A stretch of DNA of 64,000 nt from Methanobacteriota archaeon (GCA_963720465.1 OY970393.1:1856001-1920000); one strand, 5' to 3'; positions 40,025-50,775 are shown, counted from the first letter of the stretch. Numbers and translations: made by a program. Notes: generated by a model from the letters alone, not told the origin.

Positions 40025-40935
40025 CGGGCGCGTTCCCCTGTCTGGAGTTCGTAATGGCGCAAGAACAGATCCTCGAGCGTAGGCGGGGCACTCGTAAGCG
40101 CGCGCACGTCGAACGGGGTGAGGTGTTCGATTACGCGATTGATCGCACCGGCATCCACGGTAAAATGCGCGCTGACGCCGTCGACGCGTATGTTGTGCAC
40201 GCCCGGAAGTTCGCTGAGTCCGGTGACAGGGCGAGCGGTTTCCACTGAGACCGATATTCGGGTGAGGTGGCGCAGTTCGGCAAGTGTTCCTGACTCGACG
40301 ATCTTGCCTTCCCTAATGATGCTAATTCGGTCACACAACGCCTCGACCTCGGCGAGGATGTGACTGGAGAGCAGCACGGTCTTGCCGGCCTGCTTGATCT
40401 CCGTTACGCAGTCCCGGAACACCGCTTCCATCAGGGGATCGAGGCCCAACGTCGGTTCATCGAGGATGAACAGTTCGACGTCAGAGACAAACGCGGCGAT
40501 AAGGGCCACCTTCTGTCGGTTCCCCGTCGAATACGTCCGACACGGCTTTGTCGGATCGAACTTGAAGCGTTCCACCAGCTCGTCGCGACGCGGCTGGTCG
40601 AAGCCTCCGCGCAGTCTGCCTAACAGGTCGATGACCTCGCCACCGGAGAGGTTTGGCCACAGGCTCACGTCACCTGGCACGTAGGCCAGCCGACGGTGGA
40701 GCGCCGCAGCGTCGCGCCACGGATCAGCGCCGAGTACGCTGACATTCCCGGCGTTCTTGCGGAGCAATCCGAGCAGAATGCGGAGAGTCGTGGTTTTTCC
40801 GGCACCGTTAGGGCCGATAAAGCCAAATACCTCGCCGTCTTCGACCGTGAGGTCCACGTCGTTAAGTGCCAGGGTTTTCCCGTAATACTTGGTCAGATCC
40901 TCAATTTCGATCACCGACAAAGGATTCGCCTCCAA
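40021..40935 (-). CDS. ABC exporter ATP-binding subunit (TnrB2-like)
   Basis: GPNGAGKTT, YSTGNRQK, LDEPT, LSSH, PTLEDLFLRHY motifs. Confidence 0.92.
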   Translation of the reverse strand: MEANPLSVIEIEDLTKYYGKTLALNDVDLTVEDGEVFGFIGPNGAGKTTTLRILLGLLRKNAGNVSVLGADPWRDAAALHRRLAYVPGDVSLWPNLSGGEVIDLLGRLRGGFDQPRRDELVERFKFDPTKPCRTYSTGNRQKVALIAAFVSDVELFILDEPTLGLDPLMEAVFRDCVTEIKQAGKTVLLSSHILAEVEALCDRISIIREGKIVESGTLAELRHLTRISVSVETARPVTGLSELPGVHNIRVDGVSAHFTVDAGAINRVIEHLTPFDVRALTSAPPTLEDLFLRHYELQTGERAR

Positions 40936-41099
40936 CCATTTTATTCGTCCCGTTCATTTGTAGGCTGCTTAAAGTCTGAGACTTTCAACCCATTACTTAG
41001 CACAAACCACAATGCTTAATCTTCTTTCGCACTTCGATATCAACGAAATCGAAACAAGTTGTGCCGGATGTTCTCGCCGTTTTTGCTCCCGGGTAACAG

Positions 41100-41375
41100 C
41101 TAGAACGGCACAGCATCACAGATTTGCCGTAAGTGGCTCTCGTTGAACTGCAGATACACCGATGTGACATTCAACTTCAAATGTCCGGGCAACATCTGAA
41201 CCGACGAATGTCGGCGTTGTGCCGCACCAAGTTGATAGCAAAGGAGTGTCGCAACGTGTGCGGGTGCACGTCTGGACGAATACCGGTCAGGGTTCCGTAT
41301 TTCTTGACGATGATGTGGGCTGTGGTTGCTTGAGGGGAAGAGTTTTGCATCATTGTTTATGTTGTTTAGTACCAC
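41100..41375 (-). pseudogene. Tyrosine recombinase remnant C (frameshifted, catalytic Tyr retained)
   Basis: NDAKLFP../VHPHTLRHSFAINL../GHLKLNVTSVYLQFNESHLRQICDAVPF*. Confidence 0.85.
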
Positions 41376-41882
41376 GTGCTCTTGGACTCGTTCACCTCAG
41401 GCGACCACACGTTGGAATAGCCGGCAACCATGAACCTGTTTGCCGGTCCATATTAGGAAACTCAAGGTAATATCTTATATCAAAGGCCTCAATGTCGTGT
41501 TTTTACGCAAAGGATGGTTCTTGTCGAACTGCGATGAACATCCGAACCGTGATTGAAACGGTGCAGCTGAATGTGCTGACTTCGGTGCATACCCAGCACC
41601 TTTAAGTGTTTCAGGCCCTCGACGACAACGTGATTCTGCCAGAAGGGAGGTCGTGATTAACATCTAGGTCTAGCGAACAAGGAGGGAGACAAACAACAAT
41701 TTGGTTTCCGGCGTGGTCCAGGTCATCCGAAATGGGTATTCTTAGAAATAAAGCGAACTAGCACGTCTCGAACTAGCACCTCTCGCTGCAAAGATAAAAA
41801 TATGCGAGGGAGAAAAAAGCAACAAGCAGAACCAAAAGCGACAGAGACAGGAACTATCAAAAAAACGTAGAAGGAGTATAAG

Positions 41883-42146
41883 ATGAAACGCATAACGCTG
41901 GTGATTCTCATTAGCGTGATAGCCACTCTCTCTATCGCTGCATCCGGGTGCACCTATACCACGGGGGGGCAAAACGGAACCCAAAACGCGACCCAAAATG
42001 CGTCGCACGTCAACATCCGCCTACCTCTCTCGAACCTTTTCGGTTACACCGCGAAAAGTCTCACAGCGATAAGCAATCGGCTTACAGCCCGCAGCCTGTG
42101 GTCTTTGAGTCCTTGTCTACAATCTGAGCGCACGTTGACATTTTAA
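41883..42146 (+). pseudogene. Truncated lipoprotein
   Basis: Lipoprotein signal (ATLSIAASGC) and a sequon-rich linker, then non-domain-like sequence. Confidence 0.45.
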
Positions 42147-42312
42147 AGCGGCTTGCAAAGCGTTGTAATAACTATCAAGCTTCAACATAGTGACCTTTTT
42201 GTGTCAATCTGTTAGTTAGAGTTGATTGCGGCATCGTCGTGACTTTTTAATTTCTCGCTTTGTTCACGCTGGCATTGCTCGCCGTGCGATTCGAGACTGC
42301 TTTGGCTCGTTT

Positions 42313-43632
42313 TTAGATCCGCGCCCAAAATTGCTTTCGTGAATAGAGAAACACAGTAGGCACTAGATACGAAAAAATGAGCGTGATCGCTGCGCCCAGG
42401 ATGCCTATACGCGGAATTAACACTGTGTCCAGAACTATCAGCACGAGCAGCGCAAGAACGTTGCACGCCGCACTCATTTTTGCTCCTCTCGCACCGACCG
42501 ATGCCGCAAGCCACGTGTAGCTTAGAAAAACAACATACACCGCTGCTGCGAGTGCAAAAAAGAATGATAGTTGCAGGCTGAGTGAGGACCGATGCCCATA
42601 GAAAACGAACGCTATCACTTCCGCACAAACGATGAGTGGCACAAGGACAACACCAAAATAAGGTACGACCTTGTTTATTTTGAGCAGAAGCGCCAGTTTG
42701 TCGGTGCTTCGCGATGCGTAGGGGAAAAATGTGGCGTTAATGATGCCCCAAAGCCCCGCGGCTACGGTGATTGACGACAGAAAATACGCGTTATACAGTC
42801 CCACAGCAGCGGTTGTCATAAATATGTTAATGAGTAGCCGATCGAGCCCCATGAGTGCCACAGCGATCAATCCAGGGGCCGCAAAGAACGAGTAGCGCAT
42901 TATTACTCGCGCCCAATGCCAGTCGAACTGACGCGTCAGATGAGCTCTGACGTAGAAAATTACGATGAGGCTGACTGCCAGGTTAGACGCTGACAGCGCG
43001 TACGCCGCCGATTGCCACGACTTCATGCCGTCCGTGACAAGGGCGAGGAAAAGCGCAAGACACACTACCGATTGGGCAGCGTTGGAAAGCGCATATGCCT
43101 TCATGCTGAATAAAACGCGTAGAGCATTCATCGCCAACATGAAACAGGTAACGGCCACGCCATATGCAACGGCGAAAATGAATACGGCCGCAGAGACCCC
43201 CAACAGATAGGACAGTTGCGGGGAAAGAAGGGCGAGGATCGTCGTCGAAGCGGTGACAAGCAGCAGCGCTTCAATAGACGCGGTTGAGAGGATCCTAGTG
43301 CGAGCTGAATCGTCTGGCGCTCCAGAAGCATAGTTGACGGTTGCGACCAGGTTGAGCCCCATCGAGATTGCAACGATGGGGCCTATTGACAGTAAGAGGC
43401 TCAGATCGCCAAAGCCCTGGGGTCCTAAGATGTGCGCCCCAATGATAAGGAAAATAAAGGTCAGCGCCGATCCAAAGAGCGTTCCGACTGCCACGTACGA
43501 CGTGCTCAAGAAAAATTCTGCGGTTCGCTGCTCAAGTTGTTCCTTAAAGATGAGCTCGTACGGTTTGCTGAGCAGGCGGCTCGCAAATTCTGTAGGTGAC
43601 ATCTTAGGGTAATTGCTCCTTAGCTCTCGCAA
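42313..43632 (-). CDS. Oligosaccharide flippase (Wzx/MOP superfamily)
   Basis: About 12 TM helices; HILGPQGFG, DRLLI..AVGLY, LIPRIGILGAAI motifs. Confidence 0.8.
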   Translation of the reverse strand: MRELRSNYPKMSPTEFASRLLSKPYELIFKEQLEQRTAEFFLSTSYVAVGTLFGSALTFIFLIIGAHILGPQGFGDLSLLLSIGPIVAISMGLNLVATVNYASGAPDDSARTRILSTASIEALLLVTASTTILALLSPQLSYLLGVSAAVFIFAVAYGVAVTCFMLAMNALRVLFSMKAYALSNAAQSVVCLALFLALVTDGMKSWQSAAYALSASNLAVSLIVIFYVRAHLTRQFDWHWARVIMRYSFFAAPGLIAVALMGLDRLLINIFMTTAAVGLYNAYFLSSITVAAGLWGIINATFFPYASRSTDKLALLLKINKVVPYFGVVLVPLIVCAEVIAFVFYGHRSSLSLQLSFFFALAAAVYVVFLSYTWLAASVGARGAKMSAACNVLALLVLIVLDTVLIPRIGILGAAITLIFSYLVPTVFLYSRKQFWARI

Positions 43633-44293
43633 GGGGCTTCCATCAATCTGAGGGACAGACGCAAGCCCACGTCTGAGGCTTATAGCGGCGTTTCATCTTT
43701 TATTTCAGCTCACGCCGACTCGCACCGACCACAGACACCTGAGCACGTAGAGCACATCGCGCCTTACCTTAATCAGCCTTGTTGCGCGACGTTATCGGTA
43801 CTTCCGCGATCGCAAATCCCTTTTTGTGGGCTTTTGCCGCAAGCTCTGTATCTAAGACAACCTTCATAGTTGACAGTGAGGGCGTCCCATAAACTGCGCA
43901 GAAACGCCTTGCATCCACACGCAAGTCGCACGCTCGCGTTCAATCCAACCGAGACCTTTGTCGTGAGCTAGGTCTGCTGAGCTTCCAGCTTCCTCTGCCG
44001 GCGATCTCGCTCGTGCTTGTTAAGCGTCGGCGTGACATTTCGGGGAGTTTGTTAAGGAGGTCATTGACTACACGGAGAGCAATTGCCTGCAGCGCAGAGA
44101 TTCTCCGCTTAACTTCTGGTTTCTCTCCTATGCGCTGGTATCACTTTAAGCGGCGGCGTCCGTTCTTGCCGCTTACACGATCTTGCCTCTTTCCACCCTA
44201 CAGAACTCTTCAGCACCGAGGATCTGCCCGTGAGGTGCTAAGCGGCGTCGCCGGGCGCACTTGGGAGCCGAGATCAGACCAAGCTACGGCTTC

Positions 44294-45316
44294 TCACAGT
44301 CGCAGAAGGCGCTCAGCGTTGCCGTGCGCGATCCGCTCTTTGTCGGCGGGGCTAACCGGGAGCTGGTCTAGGAAAGTGCGCGCCTCCACCATCGAGCTAT
44401 AGGGATAGTCGGCTGAGAACATGATCCGGTCGACTCCCACCTCAAGCAACAGGTCGAGGAACGTTGCGGTGTAGTTAAGGCCACTGAACGTATAATGGAC
44501 GTTTTCGCGGAGGTAGGCGCTAATCGGGCGATCAAGTTTCGTCACTTGCGGAGGGAGACCGCGATCGAGTCGGGGCAGCATGAACGGAAGCGTTTCGCCC
44601 AAGTGGCCGATGATAAGCTGCAAGCCCGGGTACCGGTCGAACGCTCCGCCGAGGATGAGGCGCAGGACGTGGATCGCGGTTTCGATGTGCCAGCCCCAGG
44701 CCGCCATCGCAAACCCGCGCGTTACCTCTGGCGAGAAGTTCCCTGTGTAGGAGGCCGCGATCACGGGCTGCGGAGGGAGCGTCGGATGGAGGGTGAGCGG
44801 GACCTGGAGGGCTTCGGCGCGCTCCAGGATCGGCCAGAAGAACGGGTCGTCGAGGTAGCGGCTCCGGACGTGGCCGTTAATACATGCTCCTTTAAAGCCG
44901 TATTCGCGGACCGTGCGTTCCAGTTCGTCGGCGGCGGTGTCCGGAGCCGCGGTCGGCAGCGCGGCGAACCCGGCGAGACGGCTTGGATGTCGCCGCACCG
45001 CATCCGCGAGACGGTCGTTCGTGTCACGGGCGAGGACCACGGCTTCGGCCGCATCGAGTTGCTCTACGCCGGGAGAGGTCAGCGAGAGCACCTGCACGTT
45101 GATCCTAGCAGCATCCATGTCCGCTACCCGGCGGTCGCCGATGTCGCACAATTGATCGATAACCTGAGCAATGTCCCACACCTCCGGGGGATGAGCGTGA
45201 GCCGCGTATGCTGCGTCCTTGAGTTGGCGGCCTGGCCCTTCCATGAATGCCGGGGTCGTGTAGTGCTCTTCAAGCGTAATCGTGCGCATCGTGTTTTGTT
45301 TTTCGAGTTGAGACAT
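44294..45316 (-). CDS. Amidohydrolase_2 family aromatic-acid decarboxylase (LigW/2,3-DHB decarboxylase-like)
   Basis: ITLEEH, QVLS, LHP, IIGHLGE, RIMFSADYPY, HGNAERLL motifs. Confidence 0.88.
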   Translation of the reverse strand: MSQLEKQNTMRTITLEEHYTTPAFMEGPGRQLKDAAYAAHAHPPEVWDIAQVIDQLCDIGDRRVADMDAARINVQVLSLTSPGVEQLDAAEAVVLARDTNDRLADAVRRHPSRLAGFAALPTAAPDTAADELERTVREYGFKGACINGHVRSRYLDDPFFWPILERAEALQVPLTLHPTLPPQPVIAASYTGNFSPEVTRGFAMAAWGWHIETAIHVLRLILGGAFDRYPGLQLIIGHLGETLPFMLPRLDRGLPPQVTKLDRPISAYLRENVHYTFSGLNYTATFLDLLLEVGVDRIMFSADYPYSSMVEARTFLDQLPVSPADKERIAHGNAERLLRL

Positions 45317-45779
45317 AGCAGTTTACCTCTATAATCCGTGTTTTAATAGATATTGCACCGAACTCCAGTTCAGCGCATCCGGTGATTTGTCCGTTTTCGA
45401 CAGCGTACGTCACGCCGCAAACCTCATGCGTGGCTTAGCGGAAGGAGATGGATGCGCCGTAAGTCAACTATGAGGCACATTAGAGCGCATGCCTAGCGAT
45501 GCATCTACGGCGTTTTGAGTGGTTTACCCTGCGCCACTTCCGGAGCGGCCGCTATCGATCGCGCACCACATCTTCTGGCCCCATCATCGTGCACGAGCCA
45601 CCGCGTGATACTCCGACAGGATCCCGATCAAGAGTCCCAGAACGAGGCCGAGGGCGGCCTAACCTCCGATTTGAAAAAAAAGACGATGAAGAGCTGTCTG
45701 GCCGACAGAAACGGAGAAACCACCTAACTTACAGGCTCGGCGACGACAGCAGCCACGTTGGTGTGCCCCCGCAGCGCTA

Positions 45780-46708
45780 GAACTGTACTACACGCCCGAA
45801 GAGCTTGAATCATTTCTCACCTTCCGGCGGGCCGGGCTGTCACGCTACTCGCTCGGCTGGCCACGTCGTGCCGCCGTAGCATTCTGGGAATGCACACAAG
45901 GGAGGATAAGCAAAGCGCATATGGAGGCGCTACGGACGTACGCCCTCGACAAGTTTCACAGCAGCGATACACAGGCGAAATTTCTCTATTACGCCAGGGC
46001 GTTCCTCATTTACCTGACCAAAACGAGGCTTGACTCCCGTTATGAATCCTTTAGACTGTTCCTTGAATTGCCCAAAGCCGTAAAAACGTGTAAGCTGCTG
46101 ACAAGGCGTATCGTGACTATTGAAGATGTGCAGAACGTTCTTTCGGCACTCAAACTGAGATATACGCGCGGCGAACTCGACGAGCTGCACTATGTCGCGT
46201 ATAACGCTTTAATCCTGTTTGGGGCCTTTTCCGGCCAGCGCCCAGATGCTACGATCGGCAGAATTACAGCTGGGCAGTTTGAAGAGGCATTGAAATTCAG
46301 ACCGAGAGAGCCCACACTGCACGTATCGGCAGATCAAGACAAGATCCGCATGGCTCACTATGTACCGCTGCACCCACGCGTTATCGAAGCTGTTGAACCG
46401 CTCCTGGACGGAAAAAAAGGTAACGAGATTATGTTTCCAGTCTCTGCACTCAATCAATGGCTCTGGCGTTTGCGCCAAGCAGGGAACGAAATACCGCTCA
46501 GTCGTTGTGGTTCGTATTTTATACTCAGTGATCTCGTAAGTTCACGGAGCAGCACGGAGACGTGATAGGGTGGGATTCGTCGAATAGAGCGTACATCTTG
46601 ACGCACGGCGTTTCAGGCGTCGAGCGGAGCAATTATCGGCATCCGCTGCCTGAGAGCGTTTACGATATCTACATGAATTACTGGGAGAACGTCGACTTCG
46701 CAGTCTAA
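45780..46708 (+). pseudogene. Divergent archaeal tyrosine integrase (second family), 5'-truncated and frameshifted at ~46536
   Basis: GQRP (Arg), DKIR (Lys), YVPLHP; after a 1-bp slip, (R)KFTEQ..YILTHGVSG..NYRHPLP..*. Confidence 0.7.
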
Positions 46709-46746
46709 GAAAGCAAATCAACTTCATTTCATTGCCAAGCCATTGC

Positions 46747-46932
46747 CTCGGAGATCTGAGGAAAACTGTGGAACAAATGGCCGATATACTGCAGTGGGAT
46801 CAGAGCAATAAGAACTACATACTTACGCACGGCGTTTCGGGGGTTGATTGGCGGTTTTACAAGCATCCGCTGCCTGAACTTGTTTAAGACATCTGTATGC
46901 AGTATTGGAAGGATACGCAATTTGCAGTCTAA
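46747..46932 (+). pseudogene. Second C-terminal module of the same integrase family
   Basis: GDLRKTVEQMADILQWDQSNKNYILTHGVSGVDWRFYKHPLPELV*DICMQYW..FAV*. Confidence 0.75.
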
Positions 46933-47029
46933 CGGAAGGCTGATCACCCGATATGCGGTAGCCTCACGCTACCGATAACTTCGTCACGACGAAACTCAAG
47001 CCGGACTCAAACCACCACCCATACCTTAG

Positions 47030-47731
47030 TCAATCTGATTGGAATTCTTCGGGGATTACTGCTTCTGCGTCTCCTGCTGAGCATTTGGGGATGGCAGCTA
47101 TTAAATTGTGCATTCGCTCGTAAGGCACTGATAGGAATAGTATGTCTGGTTCAAATTTCTGCTGTTTTCGTGCTGTCCAGTCACCAGTAGTTATGTTCGT
47201 ACAGCCAGTCATTACAGGATATGTTATAGAGCTGTGGCATATTGACCCTATAACTTGTTGTTTTGGTGATATGCCATCCCAGTAGGTGTCTAAGGTTATG
47301 AGACGACACGCTTGTTCTGGATTACATTGAAATAACACAATGTCTGGTCGCATTGTTGTTTTTTCAAGTGGACATATCACTAATCTGTCTGCCAATCCCA
47401 GAGGTGGTTGAATTGTTAGTTTTTGCATTCTCTCAAAGGATACAATCGTACTGGTGAGCTTTTCTCCTTTGGTAAGGAACCTTTGAAGTCTTCTTTTCTG
47501 TTCTCCGGTAACGTCCGTGAAACCGCAAAATCTACTGCCGCCGGGGCAGGTCTCTACCTTTGCGTCAATAACAAAACAGTTACCTTCTGCGGCACGTTTC
47601 AAAGCCTTACAAATCGATGTTTTTTCGTATAGGCCCACTGAAACCTCCTCATTGGTGAAAGTGATTGCCAGTGGTTCCTTTCTTAATCCCAGTACTCTTT
47701 TTAGTAAGTTTGATTGTTCTTTAAATTCCAT
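47030..47731 (-). CDS. DUF169 family protein
   Basis: LGLRKEPLAI, IC, CPGG..G, PL..PDIV..NPEQA, C..ITYP, LSVP motifs. Confidence 0.8.
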   Translation of the reverse strand: MEFKEQSNLLKRVLGLRKEPLAITFTNEEVSVGLYEKTSICKALKRAAEGNCFVIDAKVETCPGGSRFCGFTDVTGEQKRRLQRFLTKGEKLTSTIVSFERMQKLTIQPPLGLADRLVICPLEKTTMRPDIVLFQCNPEQACRLITLDTYWDGISPKQQVIGSICHSSITYPVMTGCTNITTGDWTARKQQKFEPDILFLSVPYERMHNLIAAIPKCSAGDAEAVIPEEFQSD

Positions 47732-48174
47732 ATATCTAGCTCCTTTAACTAATCAAATCTGATTCTGTTGATCAGCGACATAGCTCTTATGGTGGCGTTA
47801 TTGGATCGTGAAGGACGTCAACAGTGTCCGGAGAATAGTCTCCAGCCCTGTCGTAGACCATTAGACAAAACTCACCCACGTGGCAGTAGAAAAGTAGGAG
47901 CCGCTCTCATCGGCAAACCACAGGCTTAACATCTGCACGTGTGGCTGATCGCCATCGACGGTAGCGACGCAACAATGAATATGCTTGGTTGCATACCCCA
48001 CGCATTCTTCAAAGGTCATAATATCTCACTGTGGTGTTGGACTTAAATGGCTTATGAGAATACTCTCGCATTCGCTTATAATTGCTAAGCGTTGATTTAT
48101 GATCTCTCGATACGTGCTAGAGCTGGCGAGGCGTACCTCGTTACCTAATGCAGAGTCAAGAGCGAATTAGGCAA

Positions 48175-49722
48175 TTAATTGCCGTCGTCGTTACTATCGT
48201 CAAAGAGGTGCTTGGGCTTAAGACGTTTGTAATCGTCTTTGAATGGGCCCTCGCCATACGAGCAGATCCTAATAACAGGATCAGCCAGCATCGGAACAGC
48301 TTCATAAGCTGACTGAAAGTCCATGTTGATGCTAGAGAGATTCTCTACGACACGATCGTGATATCTTTTCGTCACTTCTGGAAGATCTGAAGAAGGAATT
48401 GACGCTCCTGGAAAGAGTTCCAGGTAAATCACAAATCCTGCTGCAATGTCTTCTTCAACACCAAAGCTGAAGCTATTGATCAGATCATCCTGAGCAAGAT
48501 TGAGAGCGTATGCCAACTCATCGGGATCCACACATAATCCTAGCACGAAGACGCACTGGTCGGTCCGACCTCTTACCGCGCAAAAAGGCCATTTAAGCGT
48601 ACCTCTGGAGAAACCGGAGTTTTTTAACGTCACTAATGGCTCGATATTGAAACGGTCTCGCCAGATGTTCTCCATCTCCGCATATCTATACAGTTTTACG
48701 GCATCTGATATCTTGTACCTAATGAGCGGCATCATAGTCGCACTTGAGTCTCTGGTGATTAGAAGTCCCCCGTCTAGCTCTTCAAAAAATACATACATCG
48801 GACAGTCCTGAAAGAACGACGCCACGCCATCAATGCCAAAATGCATTGGGTTTTGTTCGAATAGCGTTTCAATGAGGTTGCACAACGGCGTAAAAATTGC
48901 CCAGCCTCCTTCCGTGTTGCCATACGTGTTGAGGAGTTCAAAGTAGGGGTTAATCTTGTAGTTTCGCACAAAAAAGTGCTTCAAATTAGCCGCTGATTCC
49001 CCACTGCACATCAAAACTACTTTAAGAGCATTCCAATCGAGCTTCCTTTTCACCCCTTCGTAATAGACGAATCTGAGAAAAGAAGGATATCCCGCAAGCA
49101 AGATGATGTCATAGAATCTACCTACTGTATCAATTAACGTAATTACGAGCTCCGCATTGAGACCTGGAGTGACAATGCTCACCTTGAGTTTCGGGTCTTT
49201 TGCCAATCCTTCGTAAATAAACGTAGTGAGTACTCCGCCTGACCATGCTCCTTGGGCAAACGAGTTGATGCACAAAATTTTTTTCGATAAATCGTCACCT
49301 AACAGATAGTAAAGCCATAATTTAGCGTAATTTGAAGAATAAATTTCGTCCTTGCTATGGTTTATCACCGTAGGGGTAGCTGCAGTACCTCCAGACGTAG
49401 TAAACACAACTGTATCTTGCATCTTTTTGATACTTCGTTGGTCAAGCGGGTATTGCTCGATATAGCTCTCTTTGTCCATCACCGGTACCATTTCCTTGAA
49501 ATCTTCGATAGTCTTGACTTGTCTATGGTCTTCTAATCCGTGTTTCAACAAGAAGTCACGATACGCCGGCACTTTTTGTGCTGTTTCGTGAAAACTTGAT
49601 AACGCTAGGCGTTCACCCCCTTTTTCCCAAAAATCTGGACTCATTGAAGGTATGAACCTAGCAGTGATCCTCGTAGGACTTCGACTTGCAATCGCCTTCG
49701 CTAGACGTAATTCTCTGCTCAT
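48175..49722 (-). CDS. Phenylacetate-CoA ligase/F390 synthetase-like adenylate-forming enzyme
   Basis: VPAYRDFL, PVMDKESY, TTSGGT, GYPSF, SGE, YGNTE, PLIRYKISD, RGRTD motifs. Confidence 0.85.
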   Translation of the reverse strand: MSRELRLAKAIASRSPTRITARFIPSMSPDFWEKGGERLALSSFHETAQKVPAYRDFLLKHGLEDHRQVKTIEDFKEMVPVMDKESYIEQYPLDQRSIKKMQDTVVFTTSGGTAATPTVINHSKDEIYSSNYAKLWLYYLLGDDLSKKILCINSFAQGAWSGGVLTTFIYEGLAKDPKLKVSIVTPGLNAELVITLIDTVGRFYDIILLAGYPSFLRFVYYEGVKRKLDWNALKVVLMCSGESAANLKHFFVRNYKINPYFELLNTYGNTEGGWAIFTPLCNLIETLFEQNPMHFGIDGVASFFQDCPMYVFFEELDGGLLITRDSSATMMPLIRYKISDAVKLYRYAEMENIWRDRFNIEPLVTLKNSGFSRGTLKWPFCAVRGRTDQCVFVLGLCVDPDELAYALNLAQDDLINSFSFGVEEDIAAGFVIYLELFPGASIPSSDLPEVTKRYHDRVVENLSSINMDFQSAYEAVPMLADPVIRICSYGEGPFKDDYKRLKPKHLFDDSNDDGN

Positions 49723-49952
49723 TCCTGCGTTTTGCTCACATTCATTTTTGGACGGAATGCTGTCCTTTTACAGTCAAAGGTAATAATAACTGTGTCGTGA
49801 AAGTTGGGACTATTTTTTGGCTGACCTTGCTCAAACCTCGCGTGACGAAAAACATTCCGCCTGAGGGATTGAGTGCAGCTACCATAGGCATCCCCTACCT
49901 GAGCACGTTTACGAATGTACATGAAGTATTGGCAAAATACACAGCCAGGCAA
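49719..49952 (-). CDS. Short ORF coupled to the ligase (possible truncated acyltransferase remnant)
   Basis: ATGA overlap with the ligase start; family assignment weak. Confidence 0.35.
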   Translation of the reverse strand: MPGCVFCQYFMYIRKRAQVGDAYGSCTQSLRRNVFRHARFEQGQPKNSPNFHDTVIITFDCKRTAFRPKMNVSKTQE

Positions 49953-50683
49953 CTAAACTGTCGCTAACAGTTTTTAAATCAACTATCAACACTGAAGAAG
50001 GAATAAAACCATGGTCAACCTCTTTGTGAGGGCTCTTATTATCGCTCGCTACTATCATTGTTGCTGTCACAGACGTGATTATGTTTTACGTGATCTATAG
50101 GGAAGAACACAAATAACTCTGCTGTTCGTCATTTTGGTTATCATTATTACAATGGTGCCTATGGCGATCAATCTCTGGGTTCACATTTTCAGGCAGCTTG
50201 ACAAGCCAAGTTTAGTGTAGCTCACAATGCGCACAGAAGAGGGAAAAGGTGAGCAGTTACTGGGCTAAGCATTATGCCGCTTTGTTTTGTTGGTGATTTA
50301 CACTTCAGCGCAGCTGACTGAATGGTAGACAATTTCACTCACAAATTTCTAATCATTTTAGCTTGGGAGATCCCAGAAGTTCGCTGGACAATATGGCAAC
50401 GTTACTCAGTGGGATCAGTCAAACAAGAATTACATAGCGACTCAGAGCGTTTCTGGAGTGGATTGGAGGTTTTATGCGTACCTATTGCTATGTGCGGATG
50501 TCACCAATTCCACGGCTCAAGCGCCATTATCTCGTTTCGAAAAAAGGTGCAATCGACAGCCAAATCGACAAAAGAAGGCAATATTGACAAGATCGAGCAT
50601 CGCAACTTTTATTCTCTGGCAGCGTGAGATACGTGGCTAACCTTTATCTATAGGTGGTGACCAGGACAAAGATGGAGTCACGT

Positions 50684-50711
50684 GAAACCGACCTGTTTCA
50701 GGTCGGCTTTT
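50684..50711. other. Stem-loop (CCGACCTG-TTT-CAGGTCGG followed by a T-run)
   Basis: 8-bp perfect stem upstream of the radical SAM gene. Confidence 0.5.
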
Positions 50712-50775
50712 GTAACTGATCATCGTCGATCACAATAATTACGGCATATTTGGAAATATATCAAGGGGCAACACT

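Noticed and set aside
44147-44175. Hairpin TAAGCGGC..GCCGCTTA as a mobile-element end
   Set aside because: Single occurrence with no transposase or target duplication; at most a terminator-like stem
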